Source of the DNA: an uncultured Polyangiaceae bacterium
GTDB lineage: Bacteria; Myxococcota_A; Polyangia; Polyangiales; Polyangiaceae
Direction of reading: 5' to 3'
DNA: 21,144 bases
NCBI GenBank assembly: GCA_964393505.1
Contig: CAYMUE010000015.1
Coordinates: forward strand, 15,686 to 36,829
The stretch's first letter is position 1; every line of letters starts with the position of its first letter. Shown piece after piece: positions 7,267-14,928 of this stretch. The notes under the pieces are model-generated. The model did not search any database. It saw nothing but the letters and a program-made list of their open reading frames with translations, and had not been told where the DNA came from. A program made the translations under genes and the position numbers.

Positions 7267-10200
7267 ATGAGGCACCCCTTCGTTCTCGCTGCGCTCACCT
7301 CCCTCGCTTCCCTCACCCTCTCCGCATCGGCCCTCGCCATCGGCGGCGATACGTGGGCGACGCTCTCCCACGACTCGCTCCGCTCCGCGCGCTCCACAGG
7401 CACCGGCGCCATCCTGCAGCCGCAAGTCGCCTGGAAGTACGAGTCCGGCGGTTCCCTCAACGACGACCAGATCGCCTTCGCCGACGTCAACAGCGACACC
7501 GTCACCGACATGGTCTACGTGTCCGGCGGCAGGATCGTCGCTCGCACCGCGACGGGCCAGCAGCTCTGGTCCAGCAAGATCTTCGGTGCCCAGCGCGTGG
7601 TCGGTCTCTACGACCTCGACAACGCTCCCCCGGCAGAGGTGATCGCCACCGGCGACAGCCCCGCCGGCGTCTACGTGCTCTCTTCCGTCGACGGCGCCGT
7701 GCTCTGGCACGCCCCCACCTCAAACACCTCGTTCGACGTGTTCGCCGCGCCCGTCACCACCGGCGGCTTCCGGCTCCTGCTCGCCGAGCAGCTCGGTCCC
7801 CTGACCGCGTACTCCTTCGCCTCCGGCCTCCAGAACCCTTCCGCCAACCTCGCCTGGAGCTCCGCGTCCGCTCCCTGGTCGGTCGACATGCTCACTGCCG
7901 ACGTCGATGGCGACAAGAAACCCGATCTCGTGCGCGGCGCGGATCGCGGTTTCGTCGTCTACGACCTGCTCACCGGCGCGGTCAAGTGCGACGCCTCCTC
8001 GGTGATCACAGGAACCAACGCGCCGTCGTACTTCCCGGTGCTCAATGCTGCCGACGTCAACGGCGACGGCCGCGACGAGCTGGTGGTCTACGACTACAGC
8101 TACCACTACAGCGAGGACTCCGGAGTCTTCGTCGTGGCGTGCAACGGCAGTGGCGCCACACTCACGCCGCAGACGCTGTGGGCCCAACAGTACGTCAACG
8201 ACACCGACGGCCTGCCCGGTACCAACGTCGACACGATGGAGGTCCGCTACCTCGCCGAAGCAGTCGCCAACTACGACAACAAGGCCGGACTCGAGATGGT
8301 GTACTCGGTCTGGGACGCGACCGCCGCCACGTGGACGACGTATCTGGTGAACGCGCAGACGGGATCGCAGCTCGCGGCGAAGTCGGGCGAGGTGCTCGAG
8401 GCCGCGACGGATCTGGACGACGACGGGATGACAGAAGTCGTGTTGCGCGAAGCGACGGGGCTGGGCGATCTCCCCAAGCCGTACTTCAGCACGCTGCGAC
8501 TCTACAACCTCAACGTCGGCAACTTCACCAACAAGGGCTGGACCCTGCCCGCTGGCCGCGTGGCAACTCTCCCCGCCAGGCGCGCTCGCCAGGTGACGGC
8601 GGGCTGCGGCCTCATCTCCGCCCACCAGAACATCGACGCCGACTCCTCGCAGGAGTTCTTCGTCTTCGCGGGCTCCCCAACACAGGCCCCCGATGATCCG
8701 CGCCCCGGCAAGCTGCTCGCGGTGCGCGCGGCCGACGGCCACATCCTCCAACAGTACGCGTTCCCGCAGCACGTCAGCGGCGCGATGTTGGGCCTCGGAG
8801 CCTCCATCCAGCAGTTCGGCAGCAAGGCCGAATCGATCGTGATGCTCAGCGACGGCGGCCTCCGCCTGCTCGACTCCGCACTCGCCGAGTTCGGCAACCT
8901 CCCCACCGGCAACTGGGCACGCCTCCCGGCCGTCGTGTCCCTCGACGGCACCCACAACGTCGTCGTCGCCTCCCATTCCACCGGGCACCTGGTCGCCCTC
9001 GACGGTACCCACGTCAACGCGCAAAGCCCTGCCGCGCTCTGGAATCTCCCCGAGGTCATCCAGCCCGAAACCCGCGGCTACCTCAACTCCCCCGGCCTCG
9101 TGCTCCCTGCGAAAGCCGGTGCCTCCGCTTCGATCGTCGTGCGCGCCCGCAAGACCGGCGCCTTCGAAGAGCAGTCCCTCGTCGCCCTCGATTCCGCGGG
9201 CGCTCCAACCTGGACCGCGGAGATCGGGACGGGTCGCAGCGTCGCCTCCTTCGAGAACTTCGAGCTCCTCGACGATCTCGACGGCGATGGCGTCAAGGAC
9301 TTCTTCCTCACCGAGATCGACGTCGGCGGGGCCCAGGAGCTGGTTATCCGCAAGGGATCCGACGGTTCCGTGATGGTGAAGCGCGCGACCCACGAGCTGT
9401 TCGCGGGGGCCGATTACCTGCAGGGTCACGCGTCGCTCGACTTGAACGACGACGGCAAGCTCGACGTCGTGTCGGCGCTCCACCCGCAGTGGTTCGTGGG
9501 GATCGACGTTTCAGCAGCGGGCGCAGGCGACCCGGTCACGGCCTTCAAGCAGATCTTCCGCACGGCCTCGAGCCCCAACGGCCAGGTGATGGCAGGCCAG
9601 CTCGACAACGACTCGATGATCGATCTGCTTCGCGTCAACTCCCAGAACGCCTTCGGCCCCTACGAGCGCAGGGATCTTTTCGGCCTCGTCGAAATCAACG
9701 CCACCTCGCCGCACCCCAACACCACAACGACCGACACCAACACAGTCGCGCTCGTTGCACGCCCCGGTCAGCCGTCGTTCCGCGACTTCGTGTGGGCGGG
9801 CATGGCCGGCGACGCGCTGGGCGCGGTGGCGCGACACGACGGCGAGAGCTTCACCGAGGTGTGGTTCTCGTACCTCGCCGCGGGCGCGGCGCACCCCAAG
9901 GCCGCGCCTCCCGACGGCCGCTCCGCGCTCTACGTGCCTGTGACGGCCGACATCGACGGCAACGGCGAAGACGAGATCCTGGTCGGATCGAGCGACGGAT
10001 GGCTGTACGCGCTCGGCGCGTCCGACGGCGCCGTGAGGTTCTCGATCGACATGAAGGCGCCGGTCGTGCACGTGCTTCCCGCCGACGTCGATGTCGATCC
10101 GGAGCTCGAGCTGGTGGTGAGCCTCGGAGATGGCACGATCGTCGCGCTCGATCAGGCTGGCAAGTACACGCTGGACACCGGAGGTTCGGAGCCTTTGCCC

Positions 10201-10509
10201 GAGGCAGGGCCCGACGGTGCAGGAGGCAGCGGTGGTGCCGACGCCGGGTCGGACGGTTCGGCAGGCGCTGCAGGCAGCGCGGGTGGAGGCGCAGGACAGG
10301 CCGGCGCCGCGGGGAGCGCTGCAGGTGCCGCGGGAGCCGTCGGCGATGCAGGCCTCGAAGACGCTGCGGCGGGTGCGCCCCCTGCGCCCGCGGCAGGAGG
10401 CGACGACGGCGGCTGCGGATGCAGGACCACCGGCGGCAGCTCGGGGCACGCAGGTGTCGGGTTGATCATGGCCCTCGCTGCGGCCGTGACACGCTTGCGC
10501 AGGCGCTAG
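7267..10509 (+). CDS. Secreted FG-GAP/beta-propeller repeat protein with Gly/Ala-rich linker and MYXO-CTERM-type C-terminal sorting signal
   Basis: ATG at 7267. Sec signal peptide MRHPFVLAALTSLASLTLSASALA|IGG. There are at least 7 Ca-binding-like DxDxDG loops of integrin-alpha FG-GAP type (DVDGDKKPDLV, DVNGDGRDELVV, DLDDDGMTEVVL, LDDLDGDGVKDFFL, DLNDDGKLDVV, DIDGNGEDEILVGSSDGWLYAL, DVDVDPELELVV), plus PQQ-like SDGxLYALxxxDG. The C-terminus has ~120 aa of G/A/S/D low complexity, then GGCGCRTTGGSSGHAGVGLIMALAAAVTRLRRR (Cys cluster, hydrophobic helix, Arg cluster). That is the architecture of the myxobacterial MYXO-CTERM sorting domain. Confidence 0.75.
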   Translation: MRHPFVLAALTSLASLTLSASALAIGGDTWATLSHDSLRSARSTGTGAILQPQVAWKYESGGSLNDDQIAFADVNSDTVTDMVYVSGGRIVARTATGQQLWSSKIFGAQRVVGLYDLDNAPPAEVIATGDSPAGVYVLSSVDGAVLWHAPTSNTSFDVFAAPVTTGGFRLLLAEQLGPLTAYSFASGLQNPSANLAWSSASAPWSVDMLTADVDGDKKPDLVRGADRGFVVYDLLTGAVKCDASSVITGTNAPSYFPVLNAADVNGDGRDELVVYDYSYHYSEDSGVFVVACNGSGATLTPQTLWAQQYVNDTDGLPGTNVDTMEVRYLAEAVANYDNKAGLEMVYSVWDATAATWTTYLVNAQTGSQLAAKSGEVLEAATDLDDDGMTEVVLREATGLGDLPKPYFSTLRLYNLNVGNFTNKGWTLPAGRVATLPARRARQVTAGCGLISAHQNIDADSSQEFFVFAGSPTQAPDDPRPGKLLAVRAADGHILQQYAFPQHVSGAMLGLGASIQQFGSKAESIVMLSDGGLRLLDSALAEFGNLPTGNWARLPAVVSLDGTHNVVVASHSTGHLVALDGTHVNAQSPAALWNLPEVIQPETRGYLNSPGLVLPAKAGASASIVVRARKTGAFEEQSLVALDSAGAPTWTAEIGTGRSVASFENFELLDDLDGDGVKDFFLTEIDVGGAQELVIRKGSDGSVMVKRATHELFAGADYLQGHASLDLNDDGKLDVVSALHPQWFVGIDVSAAGAGDPVTAFKQIFRTASSPNGQVMAGQLDNDSMIDLLRVNSQNAFGPYERRDLFGLVEINATSPHPNTTTTDTNTVALVARPGQPSFRDFVWAGMAGDALGAVARHDGESFTEVWFSYLAAGAAHPKAAPPDGRSALYVPVTADIDGNGEDEILVGSSDGWLYALGASDGAVRFSIDMKAPVVHVLPADVDVDPELELVVSLGDGTIVALDQAGKYTLDTGGSEPLPEAGPDGAGGSGGADAGSDGSAGAAGSAGGGAGQAGAAGSAAGAAGAVGDAGLEDAAAGAPPAPAAGGDDGGCGCRTTGGSSGHAGVGLIMALAAAVTRLRRR

Positions 10510-10541
10510 CTGCACTGTGGAGGGGAACCGCTGTCCGCGAC

Positions 10542-10567
10542 CGGCCCGGGTGGTGTCACCCGGGCCG
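10542..10567. terminator. GC-rich perfect hairpin between convergent genes (11-bp stem, 4-nt loop); putative bidirectional terminator
   Basis: CGGCCCGGGTG-GTGT-CACCCGGGCCG read directly at 10542-10567. It lies in the 71-nt gap between the stop of the FG-GAP gene (10509) and the stop of the saccharopine dehydrogenase gene (10581). There is no U-tract, which is common in high-GC genomes but weakens the call. Confidence 0.4.
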
Positions 10568-10580
10568 TGAGCAGCGGGGC

Positions 10581-11900
10581 TCAGTACGCTTCGAACGATT
10601 CCTTGCAGGCGATGTTCATCGTGGCGAGCTCGTCGAGGACGGGCTCGTAGATCTCCGGCGTGACGGGCCGCAGCACGCCCTTGGTCGTGATCTTGCCCTG
10701 CAGGATGAGGTTCACGCCGATCGCCGCGGGCAGCGAGACCGTACGCGACATCGCGGAGTCGCCGTCCTTGATGCCGAAGTCGATCATGCGCGAGGTGATG
10801 CGCTCGTTCTTCCCGCCGGGGAACTCGGCGCGGAAGTCGTGGTAGAGCACGAGGAGATCGCGCTCGTGCGGGCCGAACGACAGCTTCTCGTACATCAGGT
10901 TGCCGAGGGCATCGAGCGGACTGATGCGCTCAACCTCGAACTTGCGGTCGCTCAGCAGGCCGAGCCACTTCATGTTGCTGATGGGGAGCGACTCGGTGGG
11001 GATGACAAGCTTGCGCGCGATGAACCGCACCAGGTCGTCGTTGGGAGCGGCTCCCACGACCTTCCGCATCAGGTCCGCGTAGGTCATGCCCTTGACCTCG
11101 ATCTCGTCGAGGCTGAGCAGGCCGAGGCGGTTGATGTTGTGCAGCGTGTCGCACCACCCCATGTTGCGCAGCGTGCCGCGGAACAGGGTCTTGATGCCCT
11201 GCAGCCCGTAGATGTCCACGTAGCTGATGGAGTCGCGATTCGGGTACGCCTCGAACTCGCCGAAGTCCTCCACGCGAAGCACGTGCACATCGCGGAACAG
11301 CATCGCGTTCGGGATCACCACCTTGCGCCCGTCCATCAGGTACTGCGCGCTGTTGCGCCCGGCCAGCAGCACGCCGCGCGGCGCCCAGGAGAATTTGTAG
11401 CCGTAGGGGTTGGTGTTGTCCTCGGGCGCCGGAAGACCGCCGCAGTAGGACCGGAACGCCACGACCTTGCCACCGCGCTTGCGCACACCGTCGATGACTC
11501 GCATCGCCGACATGTGATCGATTCCAGGGTCCACGCCGATCTCGTTCAGGATCGTGATCCCCGCGGCCTTCGCCGGCTCGTCGAGCGCCTTCATCGCGTC
11601 GGACACGTACGACGTGGTCACCATGTTCTTCTTGTGCTCGATGCACATCTTCGCCACGACGGGGTGGAAGGCATAAGGCACGAGGGAAACGGCCAGATCG
11701 GCGCCCTTGACGTGATCCGAGAGGCCCTTCTCGTCCTGCAGATCGAGCGGGTGAGCCTCGCCATTGGCGAAGCCCTTGATCATCTCCTGCGCCTTGGAGA
11801 CCGTCCGGCTGACGACGCTGACCTGATACCCCTTGTTGAGGAGGTAATGGACGAGCGGCTTCGCAACCAGACCGGCACCGAGAACGAGCACCTTCTTCAT
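10581..11900 (-). CDS. Saccharopine dehydrogenase, L-glutamate-forming (yeast LYS9 / AASS C-terminal SDH-domain family)
   Basis: Starting at ATG 11898-11900 ([17 protein letters not shown]...; GAGGAG 8 nt upstream), the protein is 439 aa. It aligns by eye along its whole length with my recollection of yeast Lys9: [15 protein letters not shown] ~ [25 protein letters not shown] ~ [22 protein letters not shown] ~ [49 protein letters not shown] ~ [37 protein letters not shown], and YPNRDS in both. The ORF-track entry 10581..12242 carries a 114-aa junk N-terminal extension that overlaps the upstream gene. Confidence 0.9.
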   Translation of the reverse strand: [439 protein letters not shown]

Positions 11901-11938
11901 GGAATCGATTCTCCTCGTCGGGGAGCGCGAACCCCGCG

Positions 11939-13279
11939 TCAGCGCTCCGTTGTCTGCTTCATCTCTCCCGCGTCCGCGAGAGCCTTCTCCAGATACGCGT
12001 AGCCGGGCGTCAGCTTGCCCTTGTGGACAATCAACGCCTTCTTCAGGTGGTCCGGGAGCACCAGGCGATCGATGTCCGCCTGCCAGTCCGCCTTCGCCAG
12101 ATCGGGCACCATCGTGCGCAGCACCGAGCTGAAGTGCAGCGACGCCTCCCGCGACAGCTCGCAGGGCAGGTTGTCCACCGACATCACCACCGGCCCGTTC
12201 CCCTCCACTCCGTCGCGAACCTCCCCCGTCGCTGGCTCCCACACGAAGTTCGGGACGTCGGGCTCCGTCGCCTTCACCGTCATCTCCACGCTGCCGTCGA
12301 TGTCACAGCTGATGTCTCCGATCACCTTCAGCCTCGGCACCCCCGAGGCCCACTGCGCGCGCGCCCACTCCTTGGTCACCAGACGCGGGTAGCGCGGCTC
12401 CCAGTAGATCGCGTTCACGAGCACGTCGAGATGCGGCAGATGCGCCTCGAAACACCCCTCGAATCGCTCCGGATGCGAGTAGTACTCCCGCAGCTCGAAG
12501 GGCTGACTCGCGTCGCGCGGACGCGCCATGTCCTCTTCCCGGAACACGACCTTCGCCAGCGCGGGAGCTGTCGGGCCTCGACGGTTCGCCGTCTCCTTGA
12601 GCAGCTGGACCGGGATCGACTCGATCGGCAGCGCGGCGAGCACATCCTGCGCGCCAGCCGACACGTTGCCGTAGCCGCTCACGCCGATCACCAACGGGCG
12701 CAGCGCACCGGGCAGCTCCTTGACGAGCCGCGCGCCGATCTCGCGCAGATGGCTCTTCGCGTCGGCCAGGTCGCGGTACTCGTAGGCCGGCTTCACCTCG
12801 GCCAGAGCCGTGCGATGGCCCATCACCGCGAGACGCAACCCCAACGCACGCAGCGTCTCGATCATCCCCGCCTGCCCCGCGTGACGTCCGAAGAACACCA
12901 GCCGACGGTTGTCCGCGTCGGTGATGCGCTCGTAGTCCAGCATCGAGCAGCCCAGCTCCAGCAGGCGCGCGAGCATCCCCATGTTGTAGGGCTGCCCTTT
13001 CACCACGTGGCCGAAGTAGACGTACACCTTCCCCTCGCGCAGCAGGCTCGTGGGGACCTCCTTGACGCCGAAGACGATCCCCGCCCCACCCATCCGTTCG
13101 TCTACCGAAATACCTGCGGCTCGGTACTCGTCGTCGGTGAAGACCCGGACGTCTGACGGCTGCACCACGAAGTGAAGCCCTTGATCCTTCTGGAGCGCTG
13201 CGAGGTCTTCGGGCACCAGCGGGACACGACGCTCCCAGCGGTTCTTGTTCTCCCGGCGGATCCCGATCCTGACGTCCAT
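11939..13279 (-). CDS. Lysine-2-oxoglutarate reductase (saccharopine dehydrogenase, L-lysine-forming); AlaDH/PNT-fold LKR domain like the N-terminal half of eukaryotic AASS
   Basis: 446 aa with ATG at 13277-13279 and AGGAG 5 nt upstream. Motifs match my recollection of the human AASS LKR domain: IRRENKNRWERRVPLVP ~ VRREDVNAWERRAPLAP, YYSHPERF ~ YDKHPERY, VNAIYWEPRYPRLVT ~ INGIYWEQNTPRLLT, GVEGNGPVVMSVDNLPCELSREAS ~ [24 protein letters not shown]. There is an internal GxG NAD(P) loop LVIGVSGYGNVSAGA. It lies 36 nt upstream of the SDH gene on the same strand, so the two are a likely operon. Confidence 0.85.
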   Translation of the reverse strand: MDVRIGIRRENKNRWERRVPLVPEDLAALQKDQGLHFVVQPSDVRVFTDDEYRAAGISVDERMGGAGIVFGVKEVPTSLLREGKVYVYFGHVVKGQPYNMGMLARLLELGCSMLDYERITDADNRRLVFFGRHAGQAGMIETLRALGLRLAVMGHRTALAEVKPAYEYRDLADAKSHLREIGARLVKELPGALRPLVIGVSGYGNVSAGAQDVLAALPIESIPVQLLKETANRRGPTAPALAKVVFREEDMARPRDASQPFELREYYSHPERFEGCFEAHLPHLDVLVNAIYWEPRYPRLVTKEWARAQWASGVPRLKVIGDISCDIDGSVEMTVKATEPDVPNFVWEPATGEVRDGVEGNGPVVMSVDNLPCELSREASLHFSSVLRTMVPDLAKADWQADIDRLVLPDHLKKALIVHKGKLTPGYAYLEKALADAGEMKQTTER

Positions 13280-13450
13280 GTGAGCTCCTGACCTCCCCCT
13301 TCAGCTGGTTCGAATCACGCTGCCACGCGCACGTTTCGGCACCGCCGAGGTACACCGGGGCGGGGGCAGCGTCAAGCTGCCTTCCCTCACCAACCCAAGG
13401 CAAATCTGCCTGGATTTCGTTCACTCCCCCACCCGCGCCGACACTCCCTT

Positions 13451-13510
13451 CGATCCATCCCAGACCTCCCGCTCCATCCTGACGGATCGCTCCGCTCCAT
13501 CCCGGATCGA
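13451..13510. promoter_or_regulatory. Three spaced TCCATCC-containing direct repeats in the divergent LKR/flotillin intergenic region; candidate regulator binding sites
   Basis: CGATCCATCC (13451-13460), CGCTCCATCCTGACGGATCG (13470-13489) and CGCTCCATCCCGGATCGA (13493-13510), spaced 19-23 bp apart. They sit in the 325-bp gap between the LKR start (13279, - strand) and the flotillin start (13605, + strand). Confidence 0.25.
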
Positions 13511-13604
13511 TTCCCTTCTCCTGCACACGTGCTTCCCCGCTCGATTCCCTTCCTGTCCGCGTTGGCACGCCGATTGGTCTTGCCCTCTGGCGGAGGTGAC
13601 GCCC

Positions 13605-14921
13605 ATGACCAGCCAGACCACGACCCCCACCATTCCCCCTCGCTCCCCCGACGCCTGGCGCGGCACACGCCCCGCCGAGGACCCCCAGAAGACCAAACGC
13701 TGGGGCTTCGTCACCGCCAAACCCTCCGAATACCTCGTGCACGTGCGCAAGGGCCGCGTGCTCACCGCGTCCTCGGGCCAGGGCGCCACCTGCTTCAAAC
13801 GCCCCTGGGATGCCGTCGCCGTCGTCCCCACCTCCCTGCAACAACTCCAGTTCCGCGCCGACCAGGTCACCCTCGAACGCGTCGGTGTCGAAGTCGTCGG
13901 CCTCGCCGTCTACCGCATCGCCGCCCCACTCACCGCCTTCCGCGTGCTGAACTTCAGCTACCCCGAACGCGCGCAGGCCAAGCTCGAAGCCACCCTCACC
14001 GCCATGTTCGTCGGCGCCGCGCGCAGGCTCATCGCCAACCTCACCATCGACCACTGCATGCAGAAGCGCAAACACGCCCTCTCCGAGGAGCTCCTGCGGG
14101 AAATCGCCCTCATCGTCGGCTCGAGCGCCAACTCGGGCGAAGAAGGAACCCACGGCTGGGGCGTCACCATCGACACCATCGAGATCCAGGAGGTTCGCGT
14201 CCTGTCCGAAAAGGTCTTCTCCGCCATGCAGGCCCCCTTCCGCGCCTCCCTCGATCGGCAAGCACGAGAGGCCAGGGCCGAGGCAGATCGCGAGATCTCC
14301 ACGCGCGAGGCCGAGTGCAACCGGGCCATCGAGCAGGCCCGCATCCAGGCCCAGCTCGAGGTCGGCGAGAAACGCTTCGCCTTCGAGCAGGCCGAGCTCG
14401 AAGCCAGAAAGCTCGACTCGCTGCGCAAGGCCGAGGCCGAACGCGAGGTCAGCGAGGCTCGCTTGATCCAGGAGGCCGCCGTGCGCGATCGCAAAGCCGA
14501 AATCGAGCGCCGCGAAGCGCAGCTCCTGTCGGCCGACGCCATCGAGCGACAGCGTCTGGCGAGCGCGGAGGCGCAGGCCGAGCTCGACGCCCACGCGCTG
14601 CACGCAGAGGCTTCCGCGCGCAGGCTCGAGCTGGAGAGGATGAAGTGGACCGCGCAGCTCGAATACCGGCGCGCAACGTCGGAGGTTGCCGCTGCCGAAG
14701 GACGCGCCGCAGCCGAAGTCGCCCTCGCTCAGGCCCACGCGGAACGCGAGCAGGCCGAAGCCCGCGCACGCGTCCTCACCGCCGAGAAGCTCCCCGCCCT
14801 CGCCAGCGCCGTCGGCCAGCGCTTCGGCGAGGTCAAGATCGTGCAGATGGGCGGCGAAGGCAACGCCTTCTCCTCCATCGCCCAGGCCGTCGCCTCCGTG
14901 CTCGAGCTCGCCAAGGCTTGA
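13605..14921 (+). CDS. SPFH/band-7 (flotillin-like) protein with long Glu/Ala/Arg-rich coiled-coil C-terminal region
   Basis: ATG 13605 with GGAGG 8 nt upstream; the track's GTG 13596 lies inside the SD. The SPFH core (...RWGFVTAKPSEYLVHVRKGRV...VGLAVYRIAAP...GWGVTIDTIEIQEVRV) is followed by ~200 aa of EA/ER heptad-like repeats (REARAEADREI..., QAELEARKLDSLRKAEAEREVSEARL...), as in bacterial flotillins (FloT/YuaG type). No NfeD partner gene is adjacent. Confidence 0.75.
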   Translation: MTSQTTTPTIPPRSPDAWRGTRPAEDPQKTKRWGFVTAKPSEYLVHVRKGRVLTASSGQGATCFKRPWDAVAVVPTSLQQLQFRADQVTLERVGVEVVGLAVYRIAAPLTAFRVLNFSYPERAQAKLEATLTAMFVGAARRLIANLTIDHCMQKRKHALSEELLREIALIVGSSANSGEEGTHGWGVTIDTIEIQEVRVLSEKVFSAMQAPFRASLDRQAREARAEADREISTREAECNRAIEQARIQAQLEVGEKRFAFEQAELEARKLDSLRKAEAEREVSEARLIQEAAVRDRKAEIERREAQLLSADAIERQRLASAEAQAELDAHALHAEASARRLELERMKWTAQLEYRRATSEVAAAEGRAAAEVALAQAHAEREQAEARARVLTAEKLPALASAVGQRFGEVKIVQMGGEGNAFSSIAQAVASVLELAKA

Positions 14922-14928
14922 TGAAACC

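Noticed and set aside
5253-7710. 597-aa and 323-aa minus-strand ORFs (5253..7046, 6739..7710) and 5847..6836 read as one intact gene
   Set aside because: Low-complexity junk translations. The coding signal in this region is on the plus strand and hops frames (GHKL ATPase pseudogene).
7720-12002. Minus ORF 7720..9483 and plus ORF 9489..12002 (837 aa)
   Set aside because: Antisense or off-frame shadows of the FG-GAP gene and of the saccharopine dehydrogenase gene. No motifs, and composition is driven by GC.
10581-12242. 553-aa version of the saccharopine dehydrogenase ORF
   Set aside because: The 114 N-terminal residues are Gly/Arg junk overlapping the 3' end of the LKR gene. The conserved N-terminus [10 protein letters not shown] with a GAGGAG SD marks the real start at 11900.
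12303-14738. 811-aa minus-strand ORF 12303..14738 and 12023..13156 plus ORF
   Set aside because: Shadows of LKR and flotillin genes. The Gly/Ala/Arg-rich translation lacks any domain signature.
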